Shown here piece by piece: positions 35,501-48,000 of a DNA stretch of 64,000 nucleotides. A program made the translations under genes and the position numbers. A model generated the notes under the pieces. That model did not search any database. It was not told where the DNA came from and saw only the letters and a program-made list of their open reading frames with translations. The DNA is from Lingula anatina. Taxonomy: Eukaryota > Animalia > Brachiopoda. The stretch's first letter is position 1, and the number at the start of each line of letters is the position of its first letter. Location of the stretch: NCBI GenBank assembly GCA_051362555.1, contig CM120645.1:4216001-4280000 (forward strand). The letters are read 5' to 3'.

Positions 35501-38500
35501 TACCACATTTGTTCCATTGACTAAAAAAAGTGCCACCTAGAAAGGATAATTGAAAATTACTTTGTAACTAGACAGCAAAGCCAGCAAATATACAGACACC
35601 ATACAGGAAACAAGGCAGCAAAGCTGTTCAGACATTATGCAGAAAAAAAGTGCACAAAATAATGTTTTGGTAAATTTTGAAGCACTGTTACAAAATGCCT
35701 TAAAACAGCATAATCACTTTTACCCTCTTACATAATGAAGTACAGGTAACAAGTGATACAGTTCCATGAGATATAAAAGCCACTGAAAATGCCAATGTGT
35801 GAAAAATGAATATGAAAAAAGAAAAAAACAGAATAATTACAGTGAATGTAAACCAATCATGCCGTTTTTAGAAAGCAACCTACCTCTTCACCAAATAAAG
35901 CCACTCAGTAAATTTTAAGTAAAACAAAATACTGTTTTGAAGAAATGGGGCAAACGTGCAAACGCCACCACAGTTGTGCAAAAAAAAAAAAAAAAAAAAA
36001 TTGCTGTAAATGTAAACCATTCATGCTATATTTTAAAAGCAACCTGCCTCTTTGCCAAACAAAGCCACTCAGTTAATTTTAAGTAAGACAAAAAAAAGTT
36101 TGGCAGGTATAGGGTGAAAGTCATGTGATGGACAGCAGGATGGCAATGACATAGACAGACAGACCGATCAGAATATGTACATGCAGACACTATATATACA
36201 TTCAATATAAAAAATGCCTGGAAAATATACCCACTGAGATTGGTTGTACCAAGATAGATCAACCCAACTTGACTAGAAACACACTCACTAAGATTGGCCA
36301 TATCAAGTTAGATCAATCTTATTTCACTAGAAACAGGTCCACTGAGATGGGATTTGCCAAGTCAGGTCTTCACAGATACAAAAAAAATTATCTCAAAAAA
36401 ATTATGATGCAAATTCAAATTAGTTTATAAAGATGTATAATGATATCTGAATGAAAACAGTACATGGTATTGTTTTTTCCTTTTATGGATTCACCTTGTC
36501 AGCATCAAATAAAGTCTCCAACACATTTTCCAATGTGTTAATCACGGCTTCCCAAATTGTGATGTTAGCCACTGCAATCACAATGGCCATGTTCCGGTGC
36601 GCAGAACCAAAATGGGAGGCCGCTAGGAGACGTCTGAAAGAAATGTCATGACGGATTATGTTCTAATTAGGTGATAATTATTGGTTATACAACCAGGTTA
36701 TACAACACTTTTTTATGGAAGTGTTTATTGCACTTAAGAGTTTTACATTTCCCATATGACAAATGAAAAACCAAGTTTTGAATTCAAATATAAAATAAGA
36801 GAAAATTAAAAAACAAGGTAGCAATGCTGTCAAATGTACAGACATAAAGCAGGAAAAAATGTCCCATTTCAACACCTTTTCATATAGTTCAAAATAACCA
36901 ATTTACGTAGTATCCTTTTTATATAATCAACTTACAAATTGTTGAGATCAGAAAATATCAATAGAACAATTTTAAGTGTCCAATTTGTTCTATTCTGAGA
37001 TCCTGAACTAGTGAAAGATTGAATCTGACAAACTGCAATGTTATGAGCTAATTTTCATTTTTGACACTTTAATACACAATACACAATAACAGATTTACCA
37101 TTATTTTTATATAATCAACTAACCAAAATAGTTAAGATGCAAAAAAAAAAAAAAAAATGTCAAAAGAGCACATTTACACATGTAATTAGTTCAATAATTA
37201 TTCTGTTAACATGTCTAAGAATTGAATCTGGGGAAAAAAACACTTATATACAAAAAAAAAAAATAATAATAAAACAGCAAAATTAGCCATCATAGGATTT
37301 ATATAACAGGTTTATGCTGTCAATTTTAGCAGTCTGATATGACTCTAGTTAATGGGGGATGGGAACAGAGGGAGAGAATGCTTTTGAAAATTTTTCATTT
37401 TCTTTTCTTTTTTGAGGGTGGGGTGGGGTGGGGGTAGGGGGGTCAGGGCAGTCAAGTGGGGGTAGACAATTCTAAATGATTGTTTTGGCACATATCGTAA
37501 CTGCCAAATGATGTGAACTAACAGTTCAGATGAAAATGTCATTTGCTCACCTAGAAAACTCTGATGCCTGTTTGACAGAGGTATTCTGTTGTTGCCCTAT
37601 TGGAAACTGGTACAGGTCCTTTTCTTCTGTCACAATATAATGCCATGAGGCAGAGGATGAGTTCTCTACACTTTCCTGCAATAGACAAAAATATTTTAAA
37701 TAATTCACGCCATTCACACTACTTTAGTTTCAAAACCACTTGGAGGGCTATTTTAGCTCAAAAGAATTTTGTCAGAAAATTTTTGTCAGAAAAGTTTCAC
37801 CCACAGTTTCAAATTGAAATAAACATTGGGCCTTCAATTTAAAGTTTGAAAAGAAAGAGACTTTGCCAAATGTAAATTTTCCTCATATGAAACATTTAAG
37901 GCCCCAAACCCCCAGTGTATGACAATAAACAGTCCCCCTCATTTTTGTTTTTTTTTTCTTCTTAAATGTGTTCCTGTCTTACAAAACTAACTAAATAAAT
38001 AAAACTGTTGATAACAATGCTTACTGCTTTATTCAGAGTGGTAAAACACCTGAAATGAAAGAATATGCAGTCAAATATATATTTTTAAAAAACATGCCTA
38101 AAACTGAACAACTTCCAAACCTGAAAAATGAATGGTTCTTTACAATACCTTTAAGAAGTGTTCTTGCTCTTGGATAACAATGTCTATTTCCTGCTGTTTC
38201 CTGTTCAGCAAACAGGATTTCCAATGGATTCCTTGTCGAAATTTGGCACTATAAGACCATGGACCATTGAAAGTGGAACAGTCCTGAGCTGTGGGCATTT
38301 TATGCCGTTGTGTATGTGAACCTTCAAGTTGTTTTTTCAGCACATCCAAACTGTTTTCTACCAACAGAAGCTCCTTTCTTAGATCATTATGTAATTGATG
38401 TTGGAGTACATTCTTGGATTCCATAGGGATGTATTTCGTATTTTTTCCGGCATCATATATTTTTTGGAGCTTCTTTGCTCCCAGGACTTTTTCAAAGAAG

Positions 38501-38652
38501 TCAGCAAGGTCAGTTGAAAATAATGAAATTTGCTTGTCAATTTGAGTTTTGTTTAGTTGTAATGCCTTTCCTGGGCTAATTGTCAGAATAAACATAAAAA
38601 ACACCCACATTCTATATTTACCGGACTGTCCAGACATTATTGAACAATTCAT
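19802..38652 (-). CDS. Divergent CACHD1/alpha2delta-like VWA + double-Cache type I membrane protein with a mucin/extensin-like stalk and an NPxY tail, about 1430 aa, ~25 exons
   Basis: In-frame GT-AG exons (minus strand): 38149-38652 (signal peptide from ATG 38610), 37551-37675, 36495-36633, 35407-35536, 35046-35122, 34381-34488, 33889-34081, 32888-33040, 32424-32575, 31990-32130, 31529-31654, 31025-31139, 30623-30716, 27285-27488, 26630-26726, 26239-26291, 25873-25975, 25291-25485, 24825-24918, 24534-24618, 22916-24033, 21492-21570, 20829-20953, 20418-20529, and tentatively 19802-19811. Cache motifs GPHYDSSVGMTFTIGAPF..GVVAIDV, SYAFVVD..GNVIAHP, RYLGTRNGVARLYPG..FDPREQQWY and CHLLDNRGYII follow the CACHD1 order. 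TM: LAIVGSVIGGIVVLSILIGIFL. The start codon and last exon are uncertain. It is too divergent to assign the CACHD1 symbol. Confidence 0.8.
20418..20953 (-). CDS. TM exon (20829-20953) and cytoplasmic-tail exon (20418-20529) of the CACHD1-like gene
   Basis: WLAWSNKTLAIVGSVIGGIVVLSILIGIFLKWVGWEFKLPTR followed by ESTAKLTSSKFDNPVYETDSEEDSLAGSMVSTQHRGY, with phase-consistent splice sites. Confidence 0.75.
22916..24033 (-). CDS. Large Pro/Thr/Ser-rich stalk exon of the CACHD1-like gene
   Basis: ttttag|A CAA GGC... overlaps ORF 22836-24008. The Cys module CTAMSSCIW..PVC is followed by low-complexity repeats. Confidence 0.85.
23155..23525 (-). repeat. Coding 57-bp tandem repeat (~6.5 copies; 19-aa unit TKPGPTPVSLPSHKVPPLP)
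   Basis: GTAGGACC recurs every 57 bp in the core of the array (e.g. 23221, 23278, 23335); the units are nearly identical. Confidence 0.95.
23735..23850 (-). repeat. Coding 21-bp repeat with 42-bp higher order (PGVPTLR/PGASTLK)
   Basis: Alternating CCTGGTCTGAGGGTAGG and CCTGGTTTGAGGGTAGA units. Confidence 0.9.
26549..26588. repeat. (GA)n microsatellite
   Basis: Direct inspection. Confidence 0.95.
26958..27171. mobile_element. Tourist/PIF-Harbinger-like MITE family B, copy 2
   Basis: TTA|GGGTGCATTCCC...GGGAATGGGGTC|TTA; matches 4274-4489. Confidence 0.85.
27634..30355 (-). mobile_element. Helentron-associated non-autonomous element (HINE / pearl-type) with internal tandem core repeats, partly duplicated in tandem
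   Basis: Minus-strand 5' end: TTTTT + ATGTACAGACACA-GA-TGTGTCTGTACAT hairpin (30323-30350), then ATTGCCATCAC and a GC-rich microsatellite. Core repeats have a 159-bp period (near 28981 and 29140). The 3' end has subTIR TGTCTGTACAT + GACAGC-TTT-GCTGCC hairpin + TTGTT (27634-27667). 28277-29460 is repeated at 29461-30350. Confidence 0.8.
30441..30592. mobile_element. Palindromic MITE family A, copy 3
   Basis: CAAGGCCCCGTAACTCTAAAGCATCGCGCATTGCGAC / GTCGCAACGTGCAATGCTTGTGAGTTACGGGG. Confidence 0.8.
33680..33859. mobile_element. Harbinger-like MITE family C
   Basis: GGCCCCATTCAGAA / TTCTGAATGGGGCC; matches 13487-13650. Confidence 0.85.
35570..36205 (-). mobile_element. Decayed HINE-type element related to 27634-30355
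   Basis: 3'-end motif AAACAAGGCAGCAAAGCTGT (~35608), two ~165-bp cores (35841 and 36006), (GACA)n and a decayed ATGTACA hairpin near 36140-36205. Confidence 0.55.
36231..36365. repeat. 54-bp minisatellite, ~2.5 copies
   Basis: CCACTGAGAT-like starts at 36231, 36285 and 36339. Confidence 0.7.
36811..37231 (-). mobile_element. Partial HINE copy (3' end plus interior)
   Basis: AAACAAGGTAGCAATGCTGTCAAATGTACAGACA matches 27634-27667; 36940-37231 matches 28605-28892. Confidence 0.75.
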
Positions 38653-41600
38653 TGGCAGTTTATCAAATCACCTCTTTTCCTTTTACAAAATTCTTTGCAA
38701 GATGAGTCAGCAACAGTATGTCATTTTCACTTATTTGCCAAGATTCTCACCTTTTCCACAAGAAGGAAAAATTAATTAAATTCCAGTTGCATAAGCTGAC
38801 ACTTAATTAGCAAAAAATATTGCTGTGGTGATGAAAAAAATCTCACGACATCAATGGAAAAGTCCTCTCCGTGTTCTGTTATCCCTGCATCTGAGAAACA
38901 AGCTCCAAAATCAACGTTATCTCTTAATGACAAGAGTGTTTAATAAAACTTGTACAAGGGGACAGCCAAGTAGGTTATCACCTTCAATAGAGAAAGGTCA
39001 ATTAAAATCCTGCCAATACTTTAGTGGCTGCTTGTTTTTTCTCTTACAGCCGTTTACACAGTGGTAAATCCTCGTCTTCAGTTTCTCAGCTTGAAAATCA
39101 GTCATATCAAAATGTCCACACTCAAATGTTATCAAATACGTAATGCTGTTACATACACAGCAGTCCATTATAGCATCCACGATCTCTTAAAAAAGAAATT
39201 TTCTACAAACACCCAAGGTTTAAGAGTTCCCACCCACTCAAACATCTAGTTACCATAACCTTCACTTTATACAATGCCTTTATCGCTATGCTTTGGCAAT
39301 ATTAATGACAAGTTTATCTCTTTTGTTGGTCTGCATGGCACTTAACAGATTATTTGGGGCTTTTTATCATGTTCTGGGGTTTAGAATTTAGATAGCTACA
39401 ATCAGACAGCATACAAACTTAGTGTAACTAATCTAATTCCTGAAGAATTTCTGTCCTAATGGGTAATTTGCTACCTGAACAAACGTGATGGGATAAGGTG
39501 TTGAGTCATGGGTCATCAGTGGTTGGTAATACATTTGCACCCTGAATTAAATTCTGTTTGTTTGTCCTGTTTGTTATGTCCAATATACACTGGGCAGCGA
39601 CCCTTCCAAAAACATAGTGATAGTGCAATTTTGGTAGCTTTCACAAGTCTCAGCCATTCTCTGCTTTGGTCACAAGTCTCTGCTTTGGTCAGAAGTCTCG
39701 GCCATTCTCTGCTTTGGTCGTCAATTTCTGCTGCACAGTAAACATCAATTGACAACAAATGTTACCCATGCCAAGTAACTTCAGTCCATTACCATTTGGT
39801 AAAACCCAAAAGGCATGGATTGTGAGGCAAGCAAGAACACTGGGACACCACTTTGCAGCCCCTGAGCAGTTCCCTGTGACCAATGACAAGGGGAAGTCAA
39901 GAAACAATATGCAAGCAGTCACAAGCATAAAAGTGGCTTGAAGAAAGGCTCTTATAATTACAAACTATTTTAGTTTTATCAATAATAAAATATTAACAGA
40001 GAGAGAGAGATTGAACTTTTCTGATGCCAGTGGCTAGAAGAAGTGGTTCAGATGAATTGCATGAAACTACAGATTAGCAGCACCAATTGAAAGTAACCAA
40101 CGCTTAAGTCTGAGGAATTCACAAACACATAATGAAAAGGAAGTAGCTTTCTCAAAAAGCAAATCAAATTACACAAAGTTGAAGGTTGAAAGTGGCCTAT
40201 TCTAGGCTAATCAAGAGCATGCAATTTTTTCAAAATTTATCAGTGACATCTTTCTTTCAGCAAGATTTCACAAACTTATTATCGATTTGGTTTTAGGGCA
40301 ATTGCTTAAAATGGACAAATAATAAAGAAATTGGAAGCACGATCCCATTTTCTACTGATTAGTTGCCACCACATACGTGCCAAGATTATGTTTTTATTAA
40401 GGAGTTAGAGACCCTAATCTTTTAATTAAGAAGGGCCACTTTTTTCTGTCTTTATTTAGCGAAGAACTAACTGGTATTCAAACACAGCAGGATCATTATG
40501 GATCATGGAGTTGGCAAGACTTAAGCTATTACAACAAACTAGCTCTTTTTCCCGATTAAATTTCAAGAGGCACCCAATCTCTTAATCCGTTAAAGTTAAT
40601 TTCCCGTTTTTTAATTTCAATTCAGAGAATCATAAAACACTTCTTAAATGTGAACAATTTCCAATGGTTGTTAAAATGTAAACCTACTATAATTTCTTTC
40701 TTGAACTTAACCCCCCCAAAAAAACCCAAACTTTTTTTACATATTTTTTTAGATATTAAAATTTGAGTGTTAAATTTTAACTGGCAAACAAACAAATATC
40801 CATTGACAACAAAACACAGTGGAGTTGTATACATATTAAAAAACATAGTTTATTCAAAGATATACAAACATTACTCTAAATTTCCCTTACTTCCATCTTC
40901 CATCAGTCACTAAAAGAGATAAAATAAAAAAAAAAGATCCATAGAATCCCAAAGATTGAAAGGATTTCTCAAAACATCATTACAATGTGCTTGAAATAGG
41001 TCTGGCAAATATTGTTTAGAATCCCCCCTAAAAGAACCCAGTATAATTCTTGCCAAAACTCAATCTTACTAAAAATTAGATCAAAAAACCCATTCCTTGA
41101 CCATCTCCTGTCTGGTGAAGAGCGTTTGAAGAATCAGAAGTTTTAAAAGTTCAAAACTTGAATTAAACTTTCTAATCAAATCTTAAAATAAAATTCAAGT
41201 TGGTTGCTTCTTAAAACAAGTTTCCCTGGCTCTGAAAACTCAACTCACAAAATCCTTGGCAACATGGACTCTACCTTCCTTTCTCAATCTCCTGAGACTC
41301 CAGAAAAGGACGAGAACTACGCAAGATCTAACCTACAAAGCACAGGAAAATATTTACAGCTTTTTATATCAAGTTCTGCATATACTACACTTTACCTTTG
41401 TACACATAACCTAGTACTCACATTTCATTTCCCGGTGACGGGCATGAATATAAAATTATACTTTTTTTTATCTAAATCTGTGCTACGTACTTACATAGAA
41501 CTAACACGTATCAAAGAACATTTTGCTTCTAGACACTTTGAAGTCAGTCAAGATTAGGCTGGATTGCTGTAAAAATCCACAATAGATAGGCATAATAACT

Positions 41601-43506
41601 CTACATATTTCACAAAAAGTTAGAACAGCTACCAATACATTTTAGAAATGTAATCACTGTTCTGCACAGACTAATGATATCATAACATGCATTTTAGCTA
41701 AAAAAAGAGAATGTTATGTAAAAATACAGTTTACCAAGAAAATCCTACAAATACAGGTCATATAATGAGGCGACAGTAGCATTCTTTTAAATAAATAAAG
41801 CAAAAAATTTAACTTAAGACTAATTACAGTATTTATTACAGTGGAAAAAATGCAATTCACCCCTCAAGTGAATATTTAAATGAGAAAAATAAATGTTAAT
41901 TCCATTTTTCCTAGAAACCAACAATGATAGTGCTAAAGCTCTGAAATTATTTAAAAAAATTTTTCTAATGGCTGCTCATAAAATTATACGTTTCAGAATA
42001 ATGATCCAAAATATTGCAAGGGTGTATAACTCTAGCAATCTGAAACCACCAAAAAGAATTTTGGTCAAAAGGGAAGAAATTGCAGGAGTGCTTGCATTAT
42101 CAGAAATCTCTCCATCTCTTGGAAGCACCTCAGAAACCAATACAGCATTTTGCTGTAACACAAGGAGGGTTTTAAAACTCACGTCTACAGAAATGCCCAC
42201 AATCTTAGAACTGCTCTTGTCAAGAATTTGATTATGTAGAATATCGTTATTCACACGAAATGTAAGCATTATACAGTATCTGTATACCCAGCAGTTCAGT
42301 ATTTTTTCACCTAATTTTTTTCTAGTTCTAGCACCTTCAGCAAATGAAATGACCACAGATATAATCAGGCCGACTTGTTATTTGCCTGTGTAGTTGAAAA
42401 GTTTATCAATAATTCAGAGCATGCAATCAAATGCAGTGTTAGTGCATCAAAAAAAAAATTGGTCTTGGTGAATTCTTTGTAAAATACCTTTTTTCTTCAG
42501 GCATAGGGGGCAAATTGAAGGTACCAACTCCTTCATGATACACATTTTAATCACATTTTATTTCCGTTTTTTCTCTTTAAGCAGCAAGACAACTCTGCTA
42601 TATTCACTCATCATTTACATCAATCACAATATTCGAATATATTTAATTCCAGTTTATCTTCAAAATTCCTTTCTTCCAGCAGAATTCCTTGCCGCTCCAA
42701 ACCATAATGACTTTGACTCAACTTTTGGTGTTAAAAAAAAATTCTACTACTAATGAAGTTAAAATGTTTTACACATTTATACATCTTGAATTCACATAAT
42801 GGTTATTAATTATAAAAGCCTGCCTTGTCATGATATAAAACATTTGCCTCCTATGCCTTTGATGTGGTAAATTCACCAATCATAAATGTTGGCAGTCAAA
42901 TCGTGGGACCCTATTTGGGATGTGTGGAAATTTTCTGGAATGTTCTGTCACAATGTCAAAAATATGTATTTCCCTTAGCTGTACCGTCATTTCTCTAATT
43001 GCTATCATGGTGATTTGACACTTAGAAATTCAAATATCTTAACTTTTTCTCACATATGTACTGAATTCAAGGACAACCTGTCTTACTTTTAACATTCAAT
43101 GTAATATTATCCCAACAGATCTTAAATTTTCTTTCCAAGACCTTTAGAGCTAAGTGAAGATCTTCTTCCCTTCAAAACATCTCAAAGACTTCCAAATTTC
43201 TTAACATCCAACAATCCCTATACACATTCTACAGAATTCTTCAGGAAGGTCAATAAAAACGCTCATTTCTGTCTCAGGCTCATGCTATGCAACCTGTTTG
43301 CATTCGATACCTTGATATACTTTAATAAACTATTTATTTATATACTGTACAATTTCCGTGGCACCATCTGTGCCAAGGAAGGTTTAAGAGTACCTGTACA
43401 ATGCAGATCTGTACAAAAAAAAGTTCACACACACACTTCCACCATGAGCAACTTTAAATTATGTCCCACATGACGCAAAACGTGAAAGTGCCCACGCCTG
43501 CCTTGG

Positions 43507-45006
43507 TTACTGGCCATCGCCCTCGCCTTCTAGTTTGATTTTCTTGGTGGCTTGTTGAGCTGCGCCTCCCTGTGTCACTGACACATTTAGGATAGGTTTA
43601 CTGTGAAAGAAAATAAAATAAAACGTTATGCACAAATTCAATTTCTTTTCCCTTTATTTCAACACATTTAGAATAGGTTTATGGTGAAAGAATACAAAAG
43701 GATCATTATGCTCAACTTGATTTTCTTTTTCCTTCCTTATTTATATGTATATCATCTTTTCTAGAATGTATCCTATAAATTTTGATCTGCCTAAAGATAG
43801 GTTTACTATGAAAAAATACAAATGGGTCATTATGCTCCACTAGATTTTCTTTTTCCCTTCTTATTAAAGGGATAATGACTCTTCGTGTGAGGTCTTTTTT
43901 TCACAATAAAAACATTGTGAATAACTCATAGAAATATAATATATTCTGTTTTACCACAAAAACAGCAGTTATAGCTATTATTCTGATATCTGAGCTTGTC
44001 TTCAGACCATGTGACCTCCATTGATGGCTATACTCTGTTATAATTTCTTAAGAGATTTTAACAAAAAACCAAACTTTTTAGAAAAAAAACAGGGACTAAC
44101 TTTGAATGTAGAAATGGATTCGTTAACCATTGGTAAGTATGGGAAAATTTTTGTTTACTCCATAAAAATTCATTTTTTGACCAAAACGAAGAGTTATTAT
44201 CCCTTTAATATGTATATCACCTTTTCTAGAATGTATCCTATAAATCTTGATCTGCCTAAAACATGCTAACATTATTCCATGAATTCATTAAATTAAACAT
44301 ATAACTATTGACAAAAAATTCAGGAAACATCTGATTATCAAATTATAGTTTGAGAGTTCACCTTGAAACAAATGATCTAAGATGAAAAAAGAACAAAAGC
44401 TGATAGCATGCTTGAATCTAATTATGTTTCCATTATTATAAAGTTCCTGTCAGGATAGCATGCTTGAAACTAATTATGTTTCCATTATTATTAAGTTCCT
44501 GTCAGGATAATATATCAAAATACACTTCTGTTATAATTAAAGAGGCACTGGACTGGTTGTCTTTATTACCACTTGGTACAATTAAACATTAACAACATTA
44601 ACATCCACATACTGCAGTAAGTGGAAAGCAGCACGAGTTATCAAAAGAACTATTTGCAAACCAACCCTAAGTGTGTATTGTTCATGTAATCTTATCCACA
44701 TAAATGTCATCAAAGCTAACATTCTTATCCCCAAGTCACACGCACCTGATAATAACAGTGAGTGTCAAGCCAAGTGCACAGACGATGGCAGGATTCTATA
44801 TACTATATAATATTATTAGTCATGTTTGAACTCAGGGTGCATGTTTCTGCTAAAGCTCAGCCGACCTTACTTTGCCTGACCACTGCCAATGAGCCATTTT
44901 ATTATGATCATGCTACCACCGACAGCCGCATTAATCTCCCTTTGTTGTCTGCCCCACCTCCATTGGATCTGAGGCTGGTTTAATGGTATCAAGTTAATCG
45001 TAACCA

Positions 45007-45076
<70 letters not shown>

Positions 45077-48000
45077 CGAAAATACCCACCTGTCTCCAAG
45101 TGGCATTGGTCTCTTCACTGGTGTTTTTACTGGAACTGCTGGTGCATTGGAGGTGTCTGCCAAAGATGGAAAATAGGCTCAACTGTTAACATTTTGATAT
45201 CTTTACAAAATTGGAAAGGCATAGAGAGTGACAGACATGTGAAACACACATACAAAAAAACAGCTAGAAGATATGGCACCTTCTTTGAAAATATTGCACA
45301 CTATATGCCTGCTTATACATATTTTTTTTGATTTTCAAAACTTACACCCTTGCATTCACAAAAGAATTAAAAACTTTTTAAAAAAATCCTACTCACCCTG
45401 TAGCCACCTGACTTGTGTTGCTGGTCCATACCCCTTCTCATTCCTGGCTGCTATCCTGAATATAATGGCAGGCTTGGTGGTGTAGTCTATATGTGCGGAG
45501 CCCAGACTGTTCTGATGGACTACACACGATGGATTCGGGCCACAGTAAACCCGTACAAATGCAAGCTGTGCTGGCATGCCTGCCTTTTGTTCCACTTGAG
45601 CATTGCGCACTGCCAGGTATACGGAGTACTCAATAATTTTGCCTGCGGTGTTCTGTGGGGGCTCCCAGGATAGATGGGCTCCGTCTGTGCTCTGAAAAAA
45701 TGAAAAGCCACACAAAAGTTAAAAAGTTTCAAAAACATCAAAAAATATATTCTGTTAAATGCATGCACCAACTTTCAACTCAAATAATTTGGTGTTAAGA
45801 AAGTGAAGTGTTCACTAGGCTCAAAATTTACAAATATTAGAATAACATATAACATAAATATAAAAGCTATAATTTTAGAGAAGGCCATCCTTAGAATTGC
45901 AACTGATCCTAGTGATTTACTACATAAACATGCACACCAACTTTCAGCTAAAACAGACCACCTATTCTTAACAATTCAGTGCCTAAAACCAGGAATGAGA
46001 TTGCCATTCGAAGTCAGAAAATATGGCATGGGGCCACCTGGCTCCCAAAAAAGGCAGAAATCCCCCAAAAGTCTGAATAAATCTCATCATTGCACTAGTA
46101 GTACCTAGTAGAGAAACAAAATTCAGCAATCAGATGTTTTACAATACTCACTTTGCTGATTTTAATTGCTGAGGGTGCCCCAGGGAAACCTGGCAGGCAA
46201 GTTTTAAATGCAGATATTTCACTAAAGGGACCTCGGCCGCAGGCGTTGATGCCCGCCACGCGGAATTTATAGGCCGTCCCTGGAAGAAGTTCCTGACGTT
46301 TTAGCACAGAATGGTCTGGCACGCTGACTACATCTATGTCCTGGGGAGAAACATAGGAAAAGCAATGAAAATTATGTAATCAACTGATATATATCCACTT
46401 TATTGGCTAGTTAAGTAATACATGATTATGACAAAAACATGAATGATTATGCAATAAAAATCATTTATTTTTTGCAGTTTAATACGTATTACATTCAAGA
46501 AGGTAAATATGTTCAAATTCTGCCACCGAATCTAGCCAAGATTTTATGAGTATTATCCATTTCTTTACTCTATTCCAACAATTTCAATCTTCCACAACTA
46601 ACATCTGTCAATTCCATTGCACTGATTCTGATGGAAAAACCCAGAATTATTATCATCTGTCCACTTTGTTTTTCAAGCACAATATTTTCTTTCCAGAACA
46701 ATTTTCAACCTCTCATAAAAACTTACGTCTCCATTTCCTTGGCCCGCCTCAGAGGGTAGATGATAGTGGGACACTATGGTGGACGTGCTCTTGATGATCC
46801 CCACATCATACCACTGGTTTGTGTCTTTTTTCACTGACCCACTAGGCTTATTGGGAGACTCAGACTAGAAAGAAAAAAAAAAACAATTTATAATCAATTT
46901 ACACTACTTTTCTCTATGGTGATAAACCTTTTTTAAAAATCTAAAAGGAACTTTTATTCTCTGATAGATAAATAGGCCTGACAAATTTAAATTATCAACA
47001 AAATATCTTACATCATAAAACTGATTTTGAAATGAGTAAGATAGTGTAAGAATATTGCTGTAGCTACTCCAGAAATGTTCTGGCATACCACTTGCCATTG
47101 GATAGAAGCATCTAAAGACTAACATTTATCCTTCTTTCAGAGGGACACATTTCACAGCCATGAAGAAAGCTGTTTGTTATGCATAAGAAAGAAATGTTTC
47201 AAGTATTATTCTAACAAGTCACTCTGTCTACTATCACAGTGTAACTTCTTGAGTTCACACTGCAAGTTGGACATGAGAACAAGAAACTTTGAAGAAGGGT
47301 CGAAAATTTGTGCTTCAGTTAAAATACATATTAATTCACTTTAAAAAAAAGGATCGAACTTTTCCCCTTTTAGCCAGTTGCTTTTTGCACTATTACGAGG
47401 ATGGAATCTATTCCTGAGTACTTACAGGCTTGTCTTGTGTGTCAGCCTTGACCCCATTGGCTGCCCCGTTGGCATCTGGCTCCTGCTTTATTGCGGGGGC
47501 AGTAGTCAGACCTCCGCTTGCTGACGAGATGGCTGCCGATGCCAAGGTCGCTAACGGATCTGAAAAAACAAAAGATATTTTCAATTTAAAATACAGCAAA
47601 GGAAGTAAAAAAGATAAAAGAAAACAAGCCAGTCAAAGCTGACATATGGATGGACAATATTTGAAAGTGCAAAATATGGAAGGGTGACAAAATAGTACAG
47701 CAATATACAAGGAGCAACAAATAATCTGATCTGACCCCTTTCTTAAAAATGTAAGATCAAAGCATTTGAATAATTTGATAGCCATCTTTGCACATAAACT
47801 ATTGTTCAATCTTCTATGCGTACAATCACCATTCAGTATTACATACATGAAACACAATAACAAAAGGGCCATAACCAATTTAACAAAGCCACCACAAACT
47901 CCTTTCTGTCGTGACATGAATGAAGCAAATCAGTCCTATAGAGAAAATTCATAAAGTAAAACCAACAATGGTATATAGTGAAACAACAGGAAATGACTCA

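Noticed and set aside
39645-39722. Short nested repeat TCTCTGCTTTGGTC x3 upstream of the CACHD1-like gene
   Set aside because: It looks like a local slippage duplication with no supporting structure or motif.
41204-42356. ORFs of 112-126 aa between HCFC1 and the CACHD1-like gene
   Set aside because: They have no recognisable motifs or splice structure, and this AT-rich region is most simply HCFC1 3'UTR or intergenic DNA.
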